A stretch of 56,224 bases of DNA, taken from contig LSNR01000024.1 in assembly GCA_003056165.1 (NCBI GenBank), forward strand, positions 1 to 56,224. The letters run 5' to 3'. The stretch comes from Parcubacteria group bacterium M6-OD1-3 (lineage in GTDB: Bacteria; Patescibacteriota; Minisyncoccia; Moranbacterales; UBA9337). Shown piece by piece: positions 1 through 10,707 of this stretch (position 1 is its first letter; each line of letters opens with the position of its first letter). The position numbers were made by a program, and so were the translations under genes. The notes beneath the pieces were generated by a model. It saw only the letters and a list, made by a program, of their open reading frames with translations. It was not told where the DNA came from and did not search any database.

Positions 1-995
1 TAAATAATACACTCATAGTTATTGCAATAGGTCTTATTTTGGGAGTTGCTTTACATTTGTGGGAAGATGGTTTGGTTAGTGTCGGAGATGTAATTATGCT
101 TACTAGTATGCTTTTTGTTCTTTATGGTGATTTAGAATTTTTAGGACAAACTTTTAAAAGATTTATGGAACAATATGGGCAATTAAAGGAAGGATTGGAA
201 GAAGTTTTTGAGCCTTATGACATTGTGGATGATAAGAATGCTAAAAAATTAAAAATTAAAAATGGTGAGATTATTTTTGATAAAGTTAACTTTGCTTATG
301 AAGAAGATGACAAGCAATCTGTTTTTAAAAATCTTAGTCTAACAATCCCTGCTGGACAAAAAATTGGTTTAGTTGGAGAATCTGGAGCTGGTAAATCAAC
401 CTTTGTCAGTTTATTGCTACGATTTATGGATGTAAAAAATGGTAGCATTAAAATTGATGATTATGATATTAAAAAAATCAGACAAGATGACTTGCGGTCG
501 GCAATTGCGTATGTTCCGCAAGATCCACTATTATTTCATAGAACATTGGCAGAAAACATAAAATACGGTAATGTTAAAGCGACAGATGAAGAGATGAAAC
601 TTGCCACCAAGCGAGCCCATGCTCTGGATTTTATTAACAGTTTTTCACAAAAATTTAAAACTTTGGTGGGCGAACGGGGTGTAAAACTTTCCGGCGGGCA
701 AAAGCAACGCGTAATGATTGCACGAGCAATGCTTAAAAAGTCGCCGATTCTGGTTTTGGACGAGGCAACAAGTTCATTGGACTCTAGGGCAGAGAAGTTA
801 ATTCAAAAAGCACTGGAAGAATTAATGAAAGGACGAACAACAATTGTAATCGCACATCGCCTTAGTACACTCAAGCAAATGGATAGAATTATAGTTTTTG
901 ACAATGGAAAAATAATAGAAGATGGAACGCATCAGGAATTACTTGCCCAACGAGGAAAATATTTCCAACTTTGGCAACATCAAGTTGGGAATTAA
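1..995 (+). CDS. ABC transporter ATP-binding/permease protein, C-terminal part (MsbA-like exporter); 5' end lies outside the window
   Basis: The frame is open from the window edge. Walker A GESGAGKST, ABC signature LSGGQKQR and Walker B ILVLDEATS are present, plus the H-loop IAHRL. Confidence 0.9.
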   Translation, partial: NNTLIVIAIGLILGVALHLWEDGLVSVGDVIMLTSMLFVLYGDLEFLGQTFKRFMEQYGQLKEGLEEVFEPYDIVDDKNAKKLKIKNGEIIFDKVNFAYEEDDKQSVFKNLSLTIPAGQKIGLVGESGAGKSTFVSLLLRFMDVKNGSIKIDDYDIKKIRQDDLRSAIAYVPQDPLLFHRTLAENIKYGNVKATDEEMKLATKRAHALDFINSFSQKFKTLVGERGVKLSGGQKQRVMIARAMLKKSPILVLDEATSSLDSRAEKLIQKALEELMKGRTTIVIAHRLSTLKQMDRIIVFDNGKIIEDGTHQELLAQRGKYFQLWQHQVGN

Positions 996-1140
996 GTTTA
1001 TATATTGAAAAGTCTTTACTATAATATTATTATTTTGTAAATAGGTAAGAAAATATTGGAAGAACTAAGATAATAGAGTTGAGAGTTTAAAGCTAGCGAA
1101 GAAGAGATAAAATAATTAAAAAATATGCAGGATAAAAAAT

Positions 1141-2415
1141 ATGAATAAAGAAAATATAATAGAGGAGAAAGAAGTTGAGAGCTCCAAGTCCAATAAGGTT
1201 TTGAATTATTATTTTAAATTAATAATAGTTTTTTCAGTATTGGCATTAACTTTTTGGGTTGGCTTCAAAAAAGGTGAGGAAAGGAATCCGATGTTTAACA
1301 ATCTGAATATGCCTGTCGTTGATAAAGAAAATAGCGACGACAATGTTAAGGAACCGGCTGATTTTAATTTATTTTGGGATGTTTGGAATTTATTGGAAAA
1401 AAAATATGTTGATGCTGATAAACTTACTTCGCAAGAGTTGTTATATAATTCCATCAAGGGAATGCTATGGGCAACCAAAGACCCTTACACTGTTTTTATG
1501 GATCCGAAGGAAATTAAAGAATTCAATAGTGATATTGAAGGAAAATTTGAGGGTATTGGAGCAGAAGTGGGAATTAAACAGGGTATTTTGACAATTATCG
1601 CTCCTTTACAAGATTCTCCGGCAGAGAAAGCTGGGTTAATGGCGGGCGATAAAGTTTTGAAAATAAATGGTGAGTCAACGGCGGAAATGACAATCGACGA
1701 AGCAGTTAATAAAATGCGAGGCGAAAAAGGAACAGAAGTTAAATTGATTGTCTTTAGAAATGGCGGGGAAGAAAAAACAAAGGAAATTACCATTGTTAGA
1801 GGAGTTATTGAGGTTAAGAGTGTTACATTCGAATTGAAAAATAATATTCCATATTTTAAAATTGTTCGTTTTGGCGATGATACGGCAAGTAAATTTAAAG
1901 TTTTGACTAAAAAAATTCCGCAAAATACTCCTGGTGTAATTATAGATTTGCGAAATAATCCTGGCGGATATTTGAATGCATCAGTCGAAATGGCAAGTTT
2001 GATGTTACCGAAAAATGATGTAGTAGTAATAGAGAAAGATAGAAAAGGAAAAGAGGATAAACTTTATTCTTTTGGTTATAATAATATTTTAAATAAGAAA
2101 AAGATAATTGTTTTAATCAACAAAGGTAGTGCCAGCGCATCGGAAATTTTAGCAGGAGCTTTGCGTGACAATGCAAAGGATAGGGTAACTATTCTTGGCG
2201 AGCAGTCTTTTGGAAAAGGTTCTGTGCAAGAATTAATTAATTTGCCCGGAGGTTCAGCGACAAAAATAACTGTTGCTAAGTGGTTGACGCCAAATGGAGA
2301 GCAAATTAGTAAAAAAGGAATAATACCAGACATTAAGGTTGAATTGACCAGTGATGATTATGAAAATAATCGTGACCCCCAGTTAGATAAAGCTTTAGAA
2401 ATGTTGAAAAAATAA
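1141..2415 (+). CDS. Carboxy-terminal processing peptidase (S41 family, PDZ domain)
   Basis: N-terminal TM segment. PDZ-like GIGAEVG...SPAEKAGLMAGDKVLKING. Catalytic Ser context GSASASEILAGAL and Lys context GKGSVQ. Confidence 0.85.
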   Translation: MNKENIIEEKEVESSKSNKVLNYYFKLIIVFSVLALTFWVGFKKGEERNPMFNNLNMPVVDKENSDDNVKEPADFNLFWDVWNLLEKKYVDADKLTSQELLYNSIKGMLWATKDPYTVFMDPKEIKEFNSDIEGKFEGIGAEVGIKQGILTIIAPLQDSPAEKAGLMAGDKVLKINGESTAEMTIDEAVNKMRGEKGTEVKLIVFRNGGEEKTKEITIVRGVIEVKSVTFELKNNIPYFKIVRFGDDTASKFKVLTKKIPQNTPGVIIDLRNNPGGYLNASVEMASLMLPKNDVVVIEKDRKGKEDKLYSFGYNNILNKKKIIVLINKGSASASEILAGALRDNAKDRVTILGEQSFGKGSVQELINLPGGSATKITVAKWLTPNGEQISKKGIIPDIKVELTSDDYENNRDPQLDKALEMLKK

Positions 2416-2424
2416 AAAATAAAA

Positions 2425-2473
2425 AATTACAGAGTTTTTATCCGCTAACTGGAGGAAACTCTGTAATTTTATT
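2425..2473. terminator. Bidirectional intrinsic terminator between convergent ctp-like gene and rpmB
   Basis: Inverted repeat aattacagagttt / aaactctgtaatt flanked by A-run and T-run. Confidence 0.6.
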
Positions 2474-2497
2474 CAAAGAGGCCTTGATAAGAAAATA

Positions 2498-2671
2498 TTA
2501 TTGAACCTTATTCATTGTTCGGATGCACTTGGTGCAAATTTTTTTCTTTTGCCCATCAATTTTTTTAGCTTGAATATTTACTTTAAATTTTCTTTTAGTG
2601 GCGATATTGGAATGACTTCTGGAGTGTCCTGATTTAGTTCCACGACCACAGATTTCGCAGGTTCTAGACAT
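2498..2671 (-). CDS. rpmB: 50S ribosomal protein L28 (57 aa; too short for the ORF track)
   Basis: Manual minus-strand translation gives MSRTCEICGRGTKSGHSRSHSNIATKRKFKVNIQAKKIDGQKKKICTKCIRTMNKVQ. It matches the L28 pattern M.R.C...GK....G...SH....TKR.F.PN. Confidence 0.85.
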   Translation of the reverse strand: MSRTCEICGRGTKSGHSRSHSNIATKRKFKVNIQAKKIDGQKKKICTKCIRTMNKVQ

Positions 2672-2836
2672 AATTTATTTAAACATTTAAATATTTAAGT
2701 AAATAAACATTCTAATGTTTGGATAATAATATAAGTATTTGTTCTTAACTTGCTTTATTACAAGGTTTACTTTATCATAAGAGTTAGAAATTGGCAAGTG
2801 ATTTGCCGGTAATTTGTTTTATTTTAAAATTAAAAT

Positions 2837-3532
2837 ATGTCAGCTGAAGTAATACTAATAATTTTTCAAGTAGCCATTTTAATAATGTCTGTAGTTATCC
2901 ATGAGGTTTCGCACGGATTAATGGCGTTCAAATTAGGAGATAGTACCGCCAAGTATGCCGGTAGACTTACCTTAAATCCAATGAAACATTTAGATTTGTG
3001 GGGTTCTTTTATTGTTCCAATTTTAATGATTTTTAGTTTTGGAGTTGGATTTGGTTGGGCGAAACCAGTACCGTATAATCCTTATAATCTCAAGGACCAG
3101 AAAAAAGGACCAGCATGGGTAGCGTTGGCTGGACCGTTGTCTAATATTGTTGTGGCAGTAATTTTCGGATTGTTCGCCAGATTTTTGCCTTTAAGCTTTG
3201 TAGTGAAGGGGGAGATTGCCAGAAACATCTTTAATTATCAAAACTTGAGTGTTTTACTTTCGGGTTCATTTTTAGCGATATTTTTCTGGATTGCAATGAT
3301 GATACTGACAATAAATGTTTTCTTAGCAGTTTTCAATTTAATTCCAATCCCACCATTGGACGGTTCTAAATTATTATTTGCATTTACTTCAATTAGCGAG
3401 CAAAAGAAAATAGCCCTAGAACAATTTGGTTTTATATTTTTATTAATGTTTATTTTCTTATTTTCCGCTCCATTGGGATATTTGTTAACAGGAGTTCTCT
3501 CAGTGTTTTTTAGATATATTGTAGGAATTTAA
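2837..3532 (+). CDS. Site-2 protease family (M50) membrane metalloprotease
   Basis: HEVSHG (HExxH) lies in a TM helix. NLIPIPPLDGSK motif. Polytopic membrane protein. Confidence 0.8.
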   Translation: MSAEVILIIFQVAILIMSVVIHEVSHGLMAFKLGDSTAKYAGRLTLNPMKHLDLWGSFIVPILMIFSFGVGFGWAKPVPYNPYNLKDQKKGPAWVALAGPLSNIVVAVIFGLFARFLPLSFVVKGEIARNIFNYQNLSVLLSGSFLAIFFWIAMMILTINVFLAVFNLIPIPPLDGSKLLFAFTSISEQKKIALEQFGFIFLLMFIFLFSAPLGYLLTGVLSVFFRYIVGI

Positions 3533-3570
3533 GACTCCCGAAAAAAATTTTAAATATATAAATTAAAAAT

Positions 3571-4545
3571 ATGAACAATGAAGAAAAAAATATGCACGAG
3601 CAAATAGTGGAAAGAGGAATAGATATTTCGGTGGTGGTGCCCCTTTTTAATGAAGAGGGAAATGTTGAAAAATTGCATCGAAAAATTAATGAGGCTTGTC
3701 AAAAATTAAACAAAGAATTTGAAATAATTTTTATTGATGACGGTTCTAACGATGATACTGTTAAAAAGTGTGTCAATCTTAGTCCGTTGAAATTGATAAA
3801 ATTTCGAAGAAATTTCGGACAGACAGCAGCTTTCGACGCTGGGTTTCAAGAGGCTAAAGGAAAGATTATTGTAACTTTAGATGGTGATTTACAAAATGAT
3901 CCAGCGGATATTCCAAAATTACTTGATAAAATGGCGGAAGGATATGATGTTGTTTCTGGTTGGCGGTTTAATAGAAAAGATTCTTTGAGTAAAATAATAT
4001 TTTCTCGTGGAGCCGACAAATTAAGAAAGTTTTTCATTCATGATAAAATTCACGACAGTGGTTGTAGCTTAAAAGCCTATAAAAAAGAATGTTTTGATGA
4101 TTTGGAATTGCATGGAGAAATGCATCGATTTATTCCAGCACTTTTGGAAATTGATGGTTTTAAAGTAGCAGAGGTGAAAGTTTCTCATTATCCTCGTATT
4201 CATGGAGTGACAAAGTATAATTGGAGGCGAGCTATAAAGGGTCTTATTGATATGATGTCAATTTGGTTCTGGCGAAAATTCGCTAATCGGCCATTGCACC
4301 TGTTTGGTTCTACAGGAGTATTCTTAACTTTATTGGGTGGAGCAATTTTGTTTTGGATGTTAATTGAAAAAATATTTTTGGGAGCATCCTTACAAGAAAA
4401 AATTTGGCCAATGGTTGGCGTATTATTTATTTTAGTAGGCGTACAATTATTTGTCTCTGGTTTATTGGCGGATATTTTAGTGAAAAATTATTTCAAGGTT
4501 AAAGGTTCTCGCGGATACTCTATTAAAGAAATTATTGAAAAATGA
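3571..4545 (+). CDS. Family 2 glycosyltransferase (polyprenol-phosphate sugar transferase, ArnC/DPM1-like) with C-terminal TM helices
   Basis: VVVPLFNEE, FIDDGSNDDT and LDGDLQNDP motifs are typical of GT2. Two C-terminal TM segments. Confidence 0.85.
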   Translation: MNNEEKNMHEQIVERGIDISVVVPLFNEEGNVEKLHRKINEACQKLNKEFEIIFIDDGSNDDTVKKCVNLSPLKLIKFRRNFGQTAAFDAGFQEAKGKIIVTLDGDLQNDPADIPKLLDKMAEGYDVVSGWRFNRKDSLSKIIFSRGADKLRKFFIHDKIHDSGCSLKAYKKECFDDLELHGEMHRFIPALLEIDGFKVAEVKVSHYPRIHGVTKYNWRRAIKGLIDMMSIWFWRKFANRPLHLFGSTGVFLTLLGGAILFWMLIEKIFLGASLQEKIWPMVGVLFILVGVQLFVSGLLADILVKNYFKVKGSRGYSIKEIIEK

Positions 4546-4607
4546 TTAGTTGTAATATTGAAGAATAAAAAATACTAAATTAATTGTTTAATTAATTATT
4601 TAGCGTT

Positions 4608-6170
4608 ATGTTTAAACAAAATAAAACAATAATAATTTTATTGGCAATTATTTTATTAGGAGCTGTTTTGCGTTTTCATAATTTGGGAAAAAAATCTTTT
4701 CGAGCTGATGAATTTTTGGGAGTGAATACAACTTACGGATATTTGCAGACTGGTGAATGGAAGCGATGGGATTTTAATTTAGGAAAACCATATGTAGATA
4801 AACCATATTTTAAAACGGCTTTCGATTTTGATTTGTGGGGTAAAAAAAATACTTATACTCGTGCTTGGATGTATAATTGGCAAATTGTACAGTCTCTTAA
4901 ATTTCTTCCCGACACAAAAGAATCTTCTTATCGAGTGGTAAGCGTTATCTGGGGATTACTTTCCATTTTAATAATTTATTTTATTGCACTTAAATTTACT
5001 GGTAAAAAAACTATTGCCTTATTGACAGCAATTTTATTGACAGTAAGTATTGATGGAATTGAATTTAGCCGGAAAGTAAGAATGTATGTGATGTTTATGC
5101 CAGTCTTTCTTTCTTTTGCCTATTTTTCTTTTCAAATTTTCGAGTCAAAAAGAAGATGTAAGTTGGAAATTATAAATAAATTTCGAAAAAGAACCGGCTT
5201 AAATTTATTTTTTGCGGTGCCAACGGTTATTTTAGGTTTATTAAGTATGCACTTACATCTGTTGGCTGCCAATATTGTTCTTATTTTATTAGCATATTTT
5301 TTAGTGATGGGCATTATTTTATATAATAAAAGTAAAGAAGTGAAAAATCGTTATTTTATTTATTTTATAATAACAATTTTTTCGGGTTGGTTATTCTCTT
5401 TGAAAAATAAAGTTTTTCTGTCCGGGCTGGGTATTCAAGATCATTTTTCATATTTTGAAAAAACTTTTTCTGATTATTCCAACGCTATTTTAGTGATATT
5501 ATTAATGACTGTCGGAGCATACTATCTTGTAAGAAGAAAAATGGAAGCGGGTGTTTTTGTGCTAACCGTCTATCTAACAATATTTTTGGGAGCAATGTTT
5601 CTTTGGGATAGAAATACTGGGAGTCAATATTTGTTTTTTGCCAAACCCTTTCAAATAATTTTAATTGCTGTTGGGGTTTTTGCGGTAGCTAATTTTCTAA
5701 GAAATAATTCAAAAAAATATGGGAATAAAATTTTTGTAACGACAATAATTATCTTACTGTTGATTGTTCCAAATTTTGCTTATTTTTTTCAAGATGAAAA
5801 TACTTATAGTCAAACTTCTCGCTCAGGAAATCCTAATTATAAAAAAGTTTTTGATTATGTGGTTGCTAAAAAGAAGGACGGCGATGTATTGATAACAAGA
5901 AATTTTAGAAATTTTTATTGGCGAGGAAGTGAAATAAAGGTTTATTCTTTAGGTGGAGAGAGAGCTACTAAATCTGAAAAAAAACTTACTTTAAAAAAAC
6001 TTCAAGATATATTAGAAAAAAATCCGTCGGGTTGGATAGTTTATTCTGACAATGACACTGTCTTTATATCTAAAGAAGCTAAGAAATACATTTCAAAAAA
6101 CTTACAAAAAATAAGCAATTCTCGCGTCCGTGGACCCATTAGTGTCTGGCATTGGGGCAATATAAGATAA
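4608..6170 (+). CDS. Polytopic membrane protein, ArnT/PMT-like GT-C glycosyltransferase (putative)
   Basis: About 10 or more predicted TM helices plus a soluble C-terminus. N-terminal loop RFHNLGKKSFRADEF resembles the GT-C DE loop. It sits next to the GT2 gene. Confidence 0.55.
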   Translation: MFKQNKTIIILLAIILLGAVLRFHNLGKKSFRADEFLGVNTTYGYLQTGEWKRWDFNLGKPYVDKPYFKTAFDFDLWGKKNTYTRAWMYNWQIVQSLKFLPDTKESSYRVVSVIWGLLSILIIYFIALKFTGKKTIALLTAILLTVSIDGIEFSRKVRMYVMFMPVFLSFAYFSFQIFESKRRCKLEIINKFRKRTGLNLFFAVPTVILGLLSMHLHLLAANIVLILLAYFLVMGIILYNKSKEVKNRYFIYFIITIFSGWLFSLKNKVFLSGLGIQDHFSYFEKTFSDYSNAILVILLMTVGAYYLVRRKMEAGVFVLTVYLTIFLGAMFLWDRNTGSQYLFFAKPFQIILIAVGVFAVANFLRNNSKKYGNKIFVTTIIILLLIVPNFAYFFQDENTYSQTSRSGNPNYKKVFDYVVAKKKDGDVLITRNFRNFYWRGSEIKVYSLGGERATKSEKKLTLKKLQDILEKNPSGWIVYSDNDTVFISKEAKKYISKNLQKISNSRVRGPISVWHWGNIR

Positions 6171-6335
6171 ACTTGCAATAAGTTAAAAAAAATGGTAGGA
6201 TATGAATGTTGTTTTTATATACAAAAGAAATAAATAAAAAATATTTTTTGAGAGAAGACTCTTATAGTTGTTTGAATTAGTAGATATATAAAAAATAAAG
6301 TGATAAAATAAGATAGCGAAAGGAATATAGAAGAT

Positions 6336-6965
6336 ATGCAAGAAAAAAATGGAAGTGACAAAATAAATAAATCAGGAAAAGAGGCTTATTCCGCCTATGG
6401 CGTGGGTAGTTTTTTTATTGAAATAACAAAAATTTTTTTAATGGCAATTGTTATTATCGTGCCAGTAAGAATGTTTTTATTTCAGCCGTTTTTTGTTCAA
6501 GGCGCTAGTATGGAGCCTAATTTTGAAGATGGGCAATATTTGGTTGTAAATGAACTGGGCTATAAAAAAACTGATTTAGGTTTTTTAAATATTAAGCCTT
6601 CAAAAAAAATGAAACGAGCAGAGGTAGTTGTATTTCATTATCCTAGAGATCATAAATTATTTTTTATAAAAAGAATAATCGGTCTTCCTGGTGAAACGAT
6701 AAAAATTCATAATGGAAAAGTTTTTATTTATAATAAAGAAAATTCTAATGGATTTGAATTAGAAGAGCCTTATTTGTCGAAAGATTTAAAAACAAAAGGA
6801 AATATTGATTATAAAATCAAACCAGATGAATATTTTGTGATGGGAGATAATAGAACTCATAGTTCTGATTCAAGGTCATGGGGTCCGATAAGGAATAGTG
6901 ATATTGTAGGGAAGGTATTTTTAAGAGCCTGGCCACTCAATAAAATGACATTATTCCTTAAATAG
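6336..6965 (+). CDS. lepB: Signal peptidase I
   Basis: GASMEPN (catalytic Ser), IKRIIGLPGE (catalytic Lys box), GDNRTHSSDSR. Confidence 0.9.
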   Translation: MQEKNGSDKINKSGKEAYSAYGVGSFFIEITKIFLMAIVIIVPVRMFLFQPFFVQGASMEPNFEDGQYLVVNELGYKKTDLGFLNIKPSKKMKRAEVVVFHYPRDHKLFFIKRIIGLPGETIKIHNGKVFIYNKENSNGFELEEPYLSKDLKTKGNIDYKIKPDEYFVMGDNRTHSSDSRSWGPIRNSDIVGKVFLRAWPLNKMTLFLK

Positions 6966-6991
6966 CAGTAATTATAATAGTTTAATTTATT

Positions 6992-8362
6992 ATGCCAAGA
7001 AAAACGACTAAAAAAAATAAAGTGACTGCAAAAAAGACAAAAGTTGTCGTGGAACCACTTTTATTGCAAACCATACGAGGAATGAAAGATGTTCTTCCTG
7101 GAGAACAATTATACTGGAATAAAATACGAGCAGTTTTAGATAAATCTTACCCAAAATATGGATTTCAACGAATAGATACTCCATTGGTTGAATATGCCAA
7201 TTTGTTTGTACGTTCTATCGGTGAGGGGACGGATGTTATTGATAAAGAGATGTATAAATTTTCTACCAAAGGTAGAGATAGGGTGGCTTTGCGACCGGAA
7301 TTAACTGCGGGAATTGCTAGAGCATATATTCAACATGGAATGAATATTTTACCGAAGCCAATTAAGTTGTTTTGTATTGGTCCAGTTTATCGCTATGATC
7401 GACCGCAGGAAGGTCGATATAGAGAACATTGGCAAGCAAATTTTGATATCTTTGGAGAAAAAGATGCAGTTATGGATGCACAACTTATTCAATTGGCACA
7501 CAGTGTATTGAGTTCGTTGGGAATTAAAAATGTCCAGTTCCAGGTCAATAGTATCGGTTGCTCAGAATGTCGTGAAAATTATTTGGATATGTTGACAGCA
7601 TATTTTGAATCTAAGAAAAGAAAGCTTTGTAAAACTTGTAAGGCGAGACTTAAAACCAATCCTTTGAGAATATTGGATTGTAAAGAGGATAAATGCGTAC
7701 AAGTATCTACTAATGCCCCACAAACTGTCGATCATTTATGTAATGATTGTCGCGATCACTTTAAGAATTTATTGGAGTATTTGGATGAGTTAAATTTGCC
7801 TTATGTGATCAATCCTCAGCTAGTTAGGGGTCTAGATTACTATACGAAAACAGTTTTTGAAATATGGTCATTGTCAGATGGTAGTAAGAAATCACTTGGT
7901 GGTGGCGGAAGATATGATGGCTTAATTAAAAATTTAGGAGGAGAAGAAACTCCAGCGATAGGATTTGGATTAGGGTTAGATAGATTGGTTTTGGAGATGA
8001 AAAGAATTAAAGCAAAATCTTATGAAGCTCCATCCCCAAAAATTTTTATAGCTCAGTTAGGTAATCTTGCTAAAAAGAAAAGCTTAAATTTATTTGCCAA
8101 GATGGAAAGAAATGGAATCCTGACAGCGGAAAGTTTCGGTCGAGGAAGTTTAAAGAAACAACTACGAACAGCTAATAAATTAGGAGTACTGATTACATTG
8201 ATTATTGGACAAAAAGAAGCTCTAGATGATACAGTGATAATAAAAAATATGATTACGGGAACACAAGAAGTTGTTACTCAAGAAAAAGTTGTACCATCTG
8301 TAAAAAAAATGTTAAAGATGAAACAGATGACAATTATAAAAAAGAAAGCCAAGAAAAAATAA
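6992..8362 (+). CDS. hisS: Histidine--tRNA ligase
   Basis: Class II aaRS motifs: RGMKD, LRPELT, YRYDRPQEGRYREH, GGGRYD, GFGLGLDR. C-terminal anticodon-binding domain. Confidence 0.95.
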   Translation: MPRKTTKKNKVTAKKTKVVVEPLLLQTIRGMKDVLPGEQLYWNKIRAVLDKSYPKYGFQRIDTPLVEYANLFVRSIGEGTDVIDKEMYKFSTKGRDRVALRPELTAGIARAYIQHGMNILPKPIKLFCIGPVYRYDRPQEGRYREHWQANFDIFGEKDAVMDAQLIQLAHSVLSSLGIKNVQFQVNSIGCSECRENYLDMLTAYFESKKRKLCKTCKARLKTNPLRILDCKEDKCVQVSTNAPQTVDHLCNDCRDHFKNLLEYLDELNLPYVINPQLVRGLDYYTKTVFEIWSLSDGSKKSLGGGGRYDGLIKNLGGEETPAIGFGLGLDRLVLEMKRIKAKSYEAPSPKIFIAQLGNLAKKKSLNLFAKMERNGILTAESFGRGSLKKQLRTANKLGVLITLIIGQKEALDDTVIIKNMITGTQEVVTQEKVVPSVKKMLKMKQMTIIKKKAKKK

Positions 8363-8488
8363 TCTGAAAAAGTTCTCAATAGCTATAATAACTAAATTGT
8401 TGACTAGATGTTATTCTTGCAATTAGAAAGATGAATGTTTATAATAAATTTTTAAATTTAATAAAATTTTAAATTAAGCCTATTCTTA

Positions 8489-8860
8489 ATGAAAAAATTT
8501 TTGAATAAAATGAATAGTTGTATTTTTTGTAAAATAGTAAATAAAGAAGTTCCAGCTGAAATTTTATATGAAGATGATGAGATAATTGCTTTCAACGATG
8601 TTCACCCGATTGCTCCGGTGCATATTCTTATAATTCCTAAGAAACATATAGATTCTGTTAACAGTCTTGAAATAGGTGACGCTAGCTTGATGGGCACAGT
8701 TATTTTGGTGGCCAAGAAACTAGCTCAAGATAAGGGAATTGCTAAAGATGGATATAAGTTGCTATTTAGAGTTGGAGAGCATGGTGGCCAAGAAATTCCA
8801 CATGTACATATACATCTTATAGGTGGCGCGCAATTGCAGGAAGATATTAAACCTATTTAA
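8489..8860 (+). CDS. HIT family (histidine triad) nucleotide hydrolase; alternative start at 8510
   Basis: CIFCKI near the N-terminus and histidine triad HVHIHLIGG. Confidence 0.9.
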   Translation: MKKFLNKMNSCIFCKIVNKEVPAEILYEDDEIIAFNDVHPIAPVHILIIPKKHIDSVNSLEIGDASLMGTVILVAKKLAQDKGIAKDGYKLLFRVGEHGGQEIPHVHIHLIGGAQLQEDIKPI

Positions 8861-8949
8861 AAAATATCAAAATATATGGAGTGTAAAAAATTTTTTATAC
8901 TTCTAAATTTTCATATTTTTATGAAATATATTGAAAGGAGGTTTTTTAT

Positions 8950-9201
8950 ATGATTCAAGTAGTAAAAAAAGATAAAGAGAACGCTGAGACTTTGATTAGG
9001 AGATTTTCCCGTCGAATTCAACAAAGTGGTGTTTTGAAGCACGCTAGAAAAACTCGTTTTCAAGCTCCGAAAAAAACTAAACGAAAACAGCGAGACGAAG
9101 CTTTATATAAAGTAAAGATTCGTAAAGCAATCAATAAGCTTAAAAAAATGGATCGATTTGATGAAGAAGCTTTGAAAAATATTAAGAAAAAAATGGATTA
9201 G
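8950..9201 (+). CDS. rpsU: 30S ribosomal protein S21
   Basis: Basic 83 aa protein containing ETLIRRFSRRIQQSGVLKHARKTRF. Strong SD aaaggagg upstream. Confidence 0.9.
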   Translation: MIQVVKKDKENAETLIRRFSRRIQQSGVLKHARKTRFQAPKKTKRKQRDEALYKVKIRKAINKLKKMDRFDEEALKNIKKKMD

Positions 9202-9285
9202 ATAAGATGCTAATTTATTTAGTTAGAAATTATCATAATCAAGATATCAAAAAATCAACATATTAAGATGTTAATGTTCTAGTAT

Positions 9286-9744
9286 ATGATTAAAGATAAA
9301 ATAAAAACAGACTTAATATCTGCAATGAAGTCGGGCGATACTCAAAAGCGTGATGTTTTAAGGATGCTTGACAGTATGATTAAAAACGAAGAAATTGCTA
9401 AAAACAAAAGAAAGGAAGGTCTTTCTGAGGAAAAAATTCTTGAAGTAGTAGGACGAGCGGTCAAACAAAGAAAAGATAGCATTTCCCAATATAAAAATGG
9501 TGGAAGAAATGATCTCGTTAAAAAAGAACAAGAAGAATTAGATATATTAGCAGAATATTTGCCCAAACAAATTAGTGAAGATGATTTAAGGAAGATTATT
9601 CAAAAAATATTGAGAAAAAATAACATAAAAAGTAGTAATGAGTTTGGAAAAGCTATGGGAGTAGTAATGGTTGAAGTAAGAGGAAAGGCTGATGGAGATA
9701 TGGTTAAAAAAATAGTAGAGGAAGAAATTGAAGCAAATCTTTAG
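9286..9744 (+). CDS. GatB/YqeY domain protein
   Basis: IKTDLISAMKSGD..RDVLRML and ELDILAEYLPKQ match the YqeY family. It follows rpsU, as in many bacteria. Confidence 0.8.
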   Translation: MIKDKIKTDLISAMKSGDTQKRDVLRMLDSMIKNEEIAKNKRKEGLSEEKILEVVGRAVKQRKDSISQYKNGGRNDLVKKEQEELDILAEYLPKQISEDDLRKIIQKILRKNNIKSSNEFGKAMGVVMVEVRGKADGDMVKKIVEEEIEANL

Positions 9745-9786
9745 ATGTGATGTATTTTAAAATATAGTACCATTTGTATTTTTTAT

Positions 9787-10233
9787 ATGAAGATTAAAAT
9801 AGAGATAAATAATAGTAATGGTTGTAATTTTAGCAAAAAAAAGTTAAGATTAGCTATAGAAAAAACAATTCAACAAAGTTATTTACTTAATTCATCATTT
9901 AAGGATGTTATAGTTAGTGTTGGATTTCTCTCCCCCAATCAAATACAAAAAATAAATTGCAAATATCGAAGTAAAGATTATGTTACTGATATATTATCGT
10001 TTGCTAATTATGAAGGCAAGTCTGATATTTTAAAAAAAAACAATAGTAAAATTTTTTTGGGAGAGTTATTGATCTGTTGCGAAGATATAAAAAAATATTC
10101 CAAAAAAAATAACATTCTTTTCTCTAAAGAATTATATCGTGTGGTCAGTCATGGAACATTACATCTATTAGGGTTTTCCCATAGTAAAAATATGTTCAAA
10201 ATTCAAGATAAAATTGCTACGGAAATAATATAG
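9787..10233 (+). CDS. ybeY: rRNA maturation endoribonuclease YbeY
   Basis: Zinc motif HGTLHLLGFSH (HGxLHLxGxxH). Confidence 0.85.
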   Translation: MKIKIEINNSNGCNFSKKKLRLAIEKTIQQSYLLNSSFKDVIVSVGFLSPNQIQKINCKYRSKDYVTDILSFANYEGKSDILKKNNSKIFLGELLICCEDIKKYSKKNNILFSKELYRVVSHGTLHLLGFSHSKNMFKIQDKIATEII

Positions 10234-10301
10234 TGAAAATACTTCTATTGATATATGATACAGGGACAATGCTGCTATTAGAAAGATAATTAAATAAAAT
10301 T

Positions 10302-10685
10302 ATGAAACAATATCAAAAAAAACAATTCAGGAAAAGTTTGAAATATGCTTGGAGAGGCTTAGTATATGTTATCAAAAATGAGCGAAATTTTAGAATTGAA
10401 TTATTTATTGCGTTATTTGTTATAATTATTGCTATTATTTTAAAAATAAAATCATGGGAATTTATAATGACATTACTAATGATTAGTTGGGTTTTAGTGG
10501 CGGAATTGGTTAATACTGCATTGGAAAGAGTTGTTGATATTTTAGAACCCAAGGTTCATCCATTTGCTCGTTTAATTAAAGATGTTATGGCTGCTGCTGT
10601 TTTATTTTCTTCAATAATGGCAATAATAATTGGTTTAGTAATTTTTGGTCCGTATATATTTAATTTAGCGGAATATTTTTTATAA
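10302..10685 (+). CDS. dgkA: Diacylglycerol/undecaprenol kinase (DgkA family)
   Basis: Three TM helices. NERNFRIE and AELVNTALERVVD motifs are typical of DgkA. Confidence 0.8.
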   Translation: MKQYQKKQFRKSLKYAWRGLVYVIKNERNFRIELFIALFVIIIAIILKIKSWEFIMTLLMISWVLVAELVNTALERVVDILEPKVHPFARLIKDVMAAAVLFSSIMAIIIGLVIFGPYIFNLAEYFL

Positions 10686-10707
10686 ATCTCTTTGTGTTTA
10701 TTTTTTT

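Noticed and set aside
1209-2333. Many antisense or out-of-frame ORFs nested in confident genes (for example 1209-1478 -, 1485-1793 -, 12392-12610 -, 51668-52192 -, 52268-52627 -, 47759-48055 -)
   Set aside because: They lie entirely within well-supported genes on the other strand or frame. They have low-complexity Ser/Phe/Leu/Ile-rich translations typical of AT-rich shadow ORFs.
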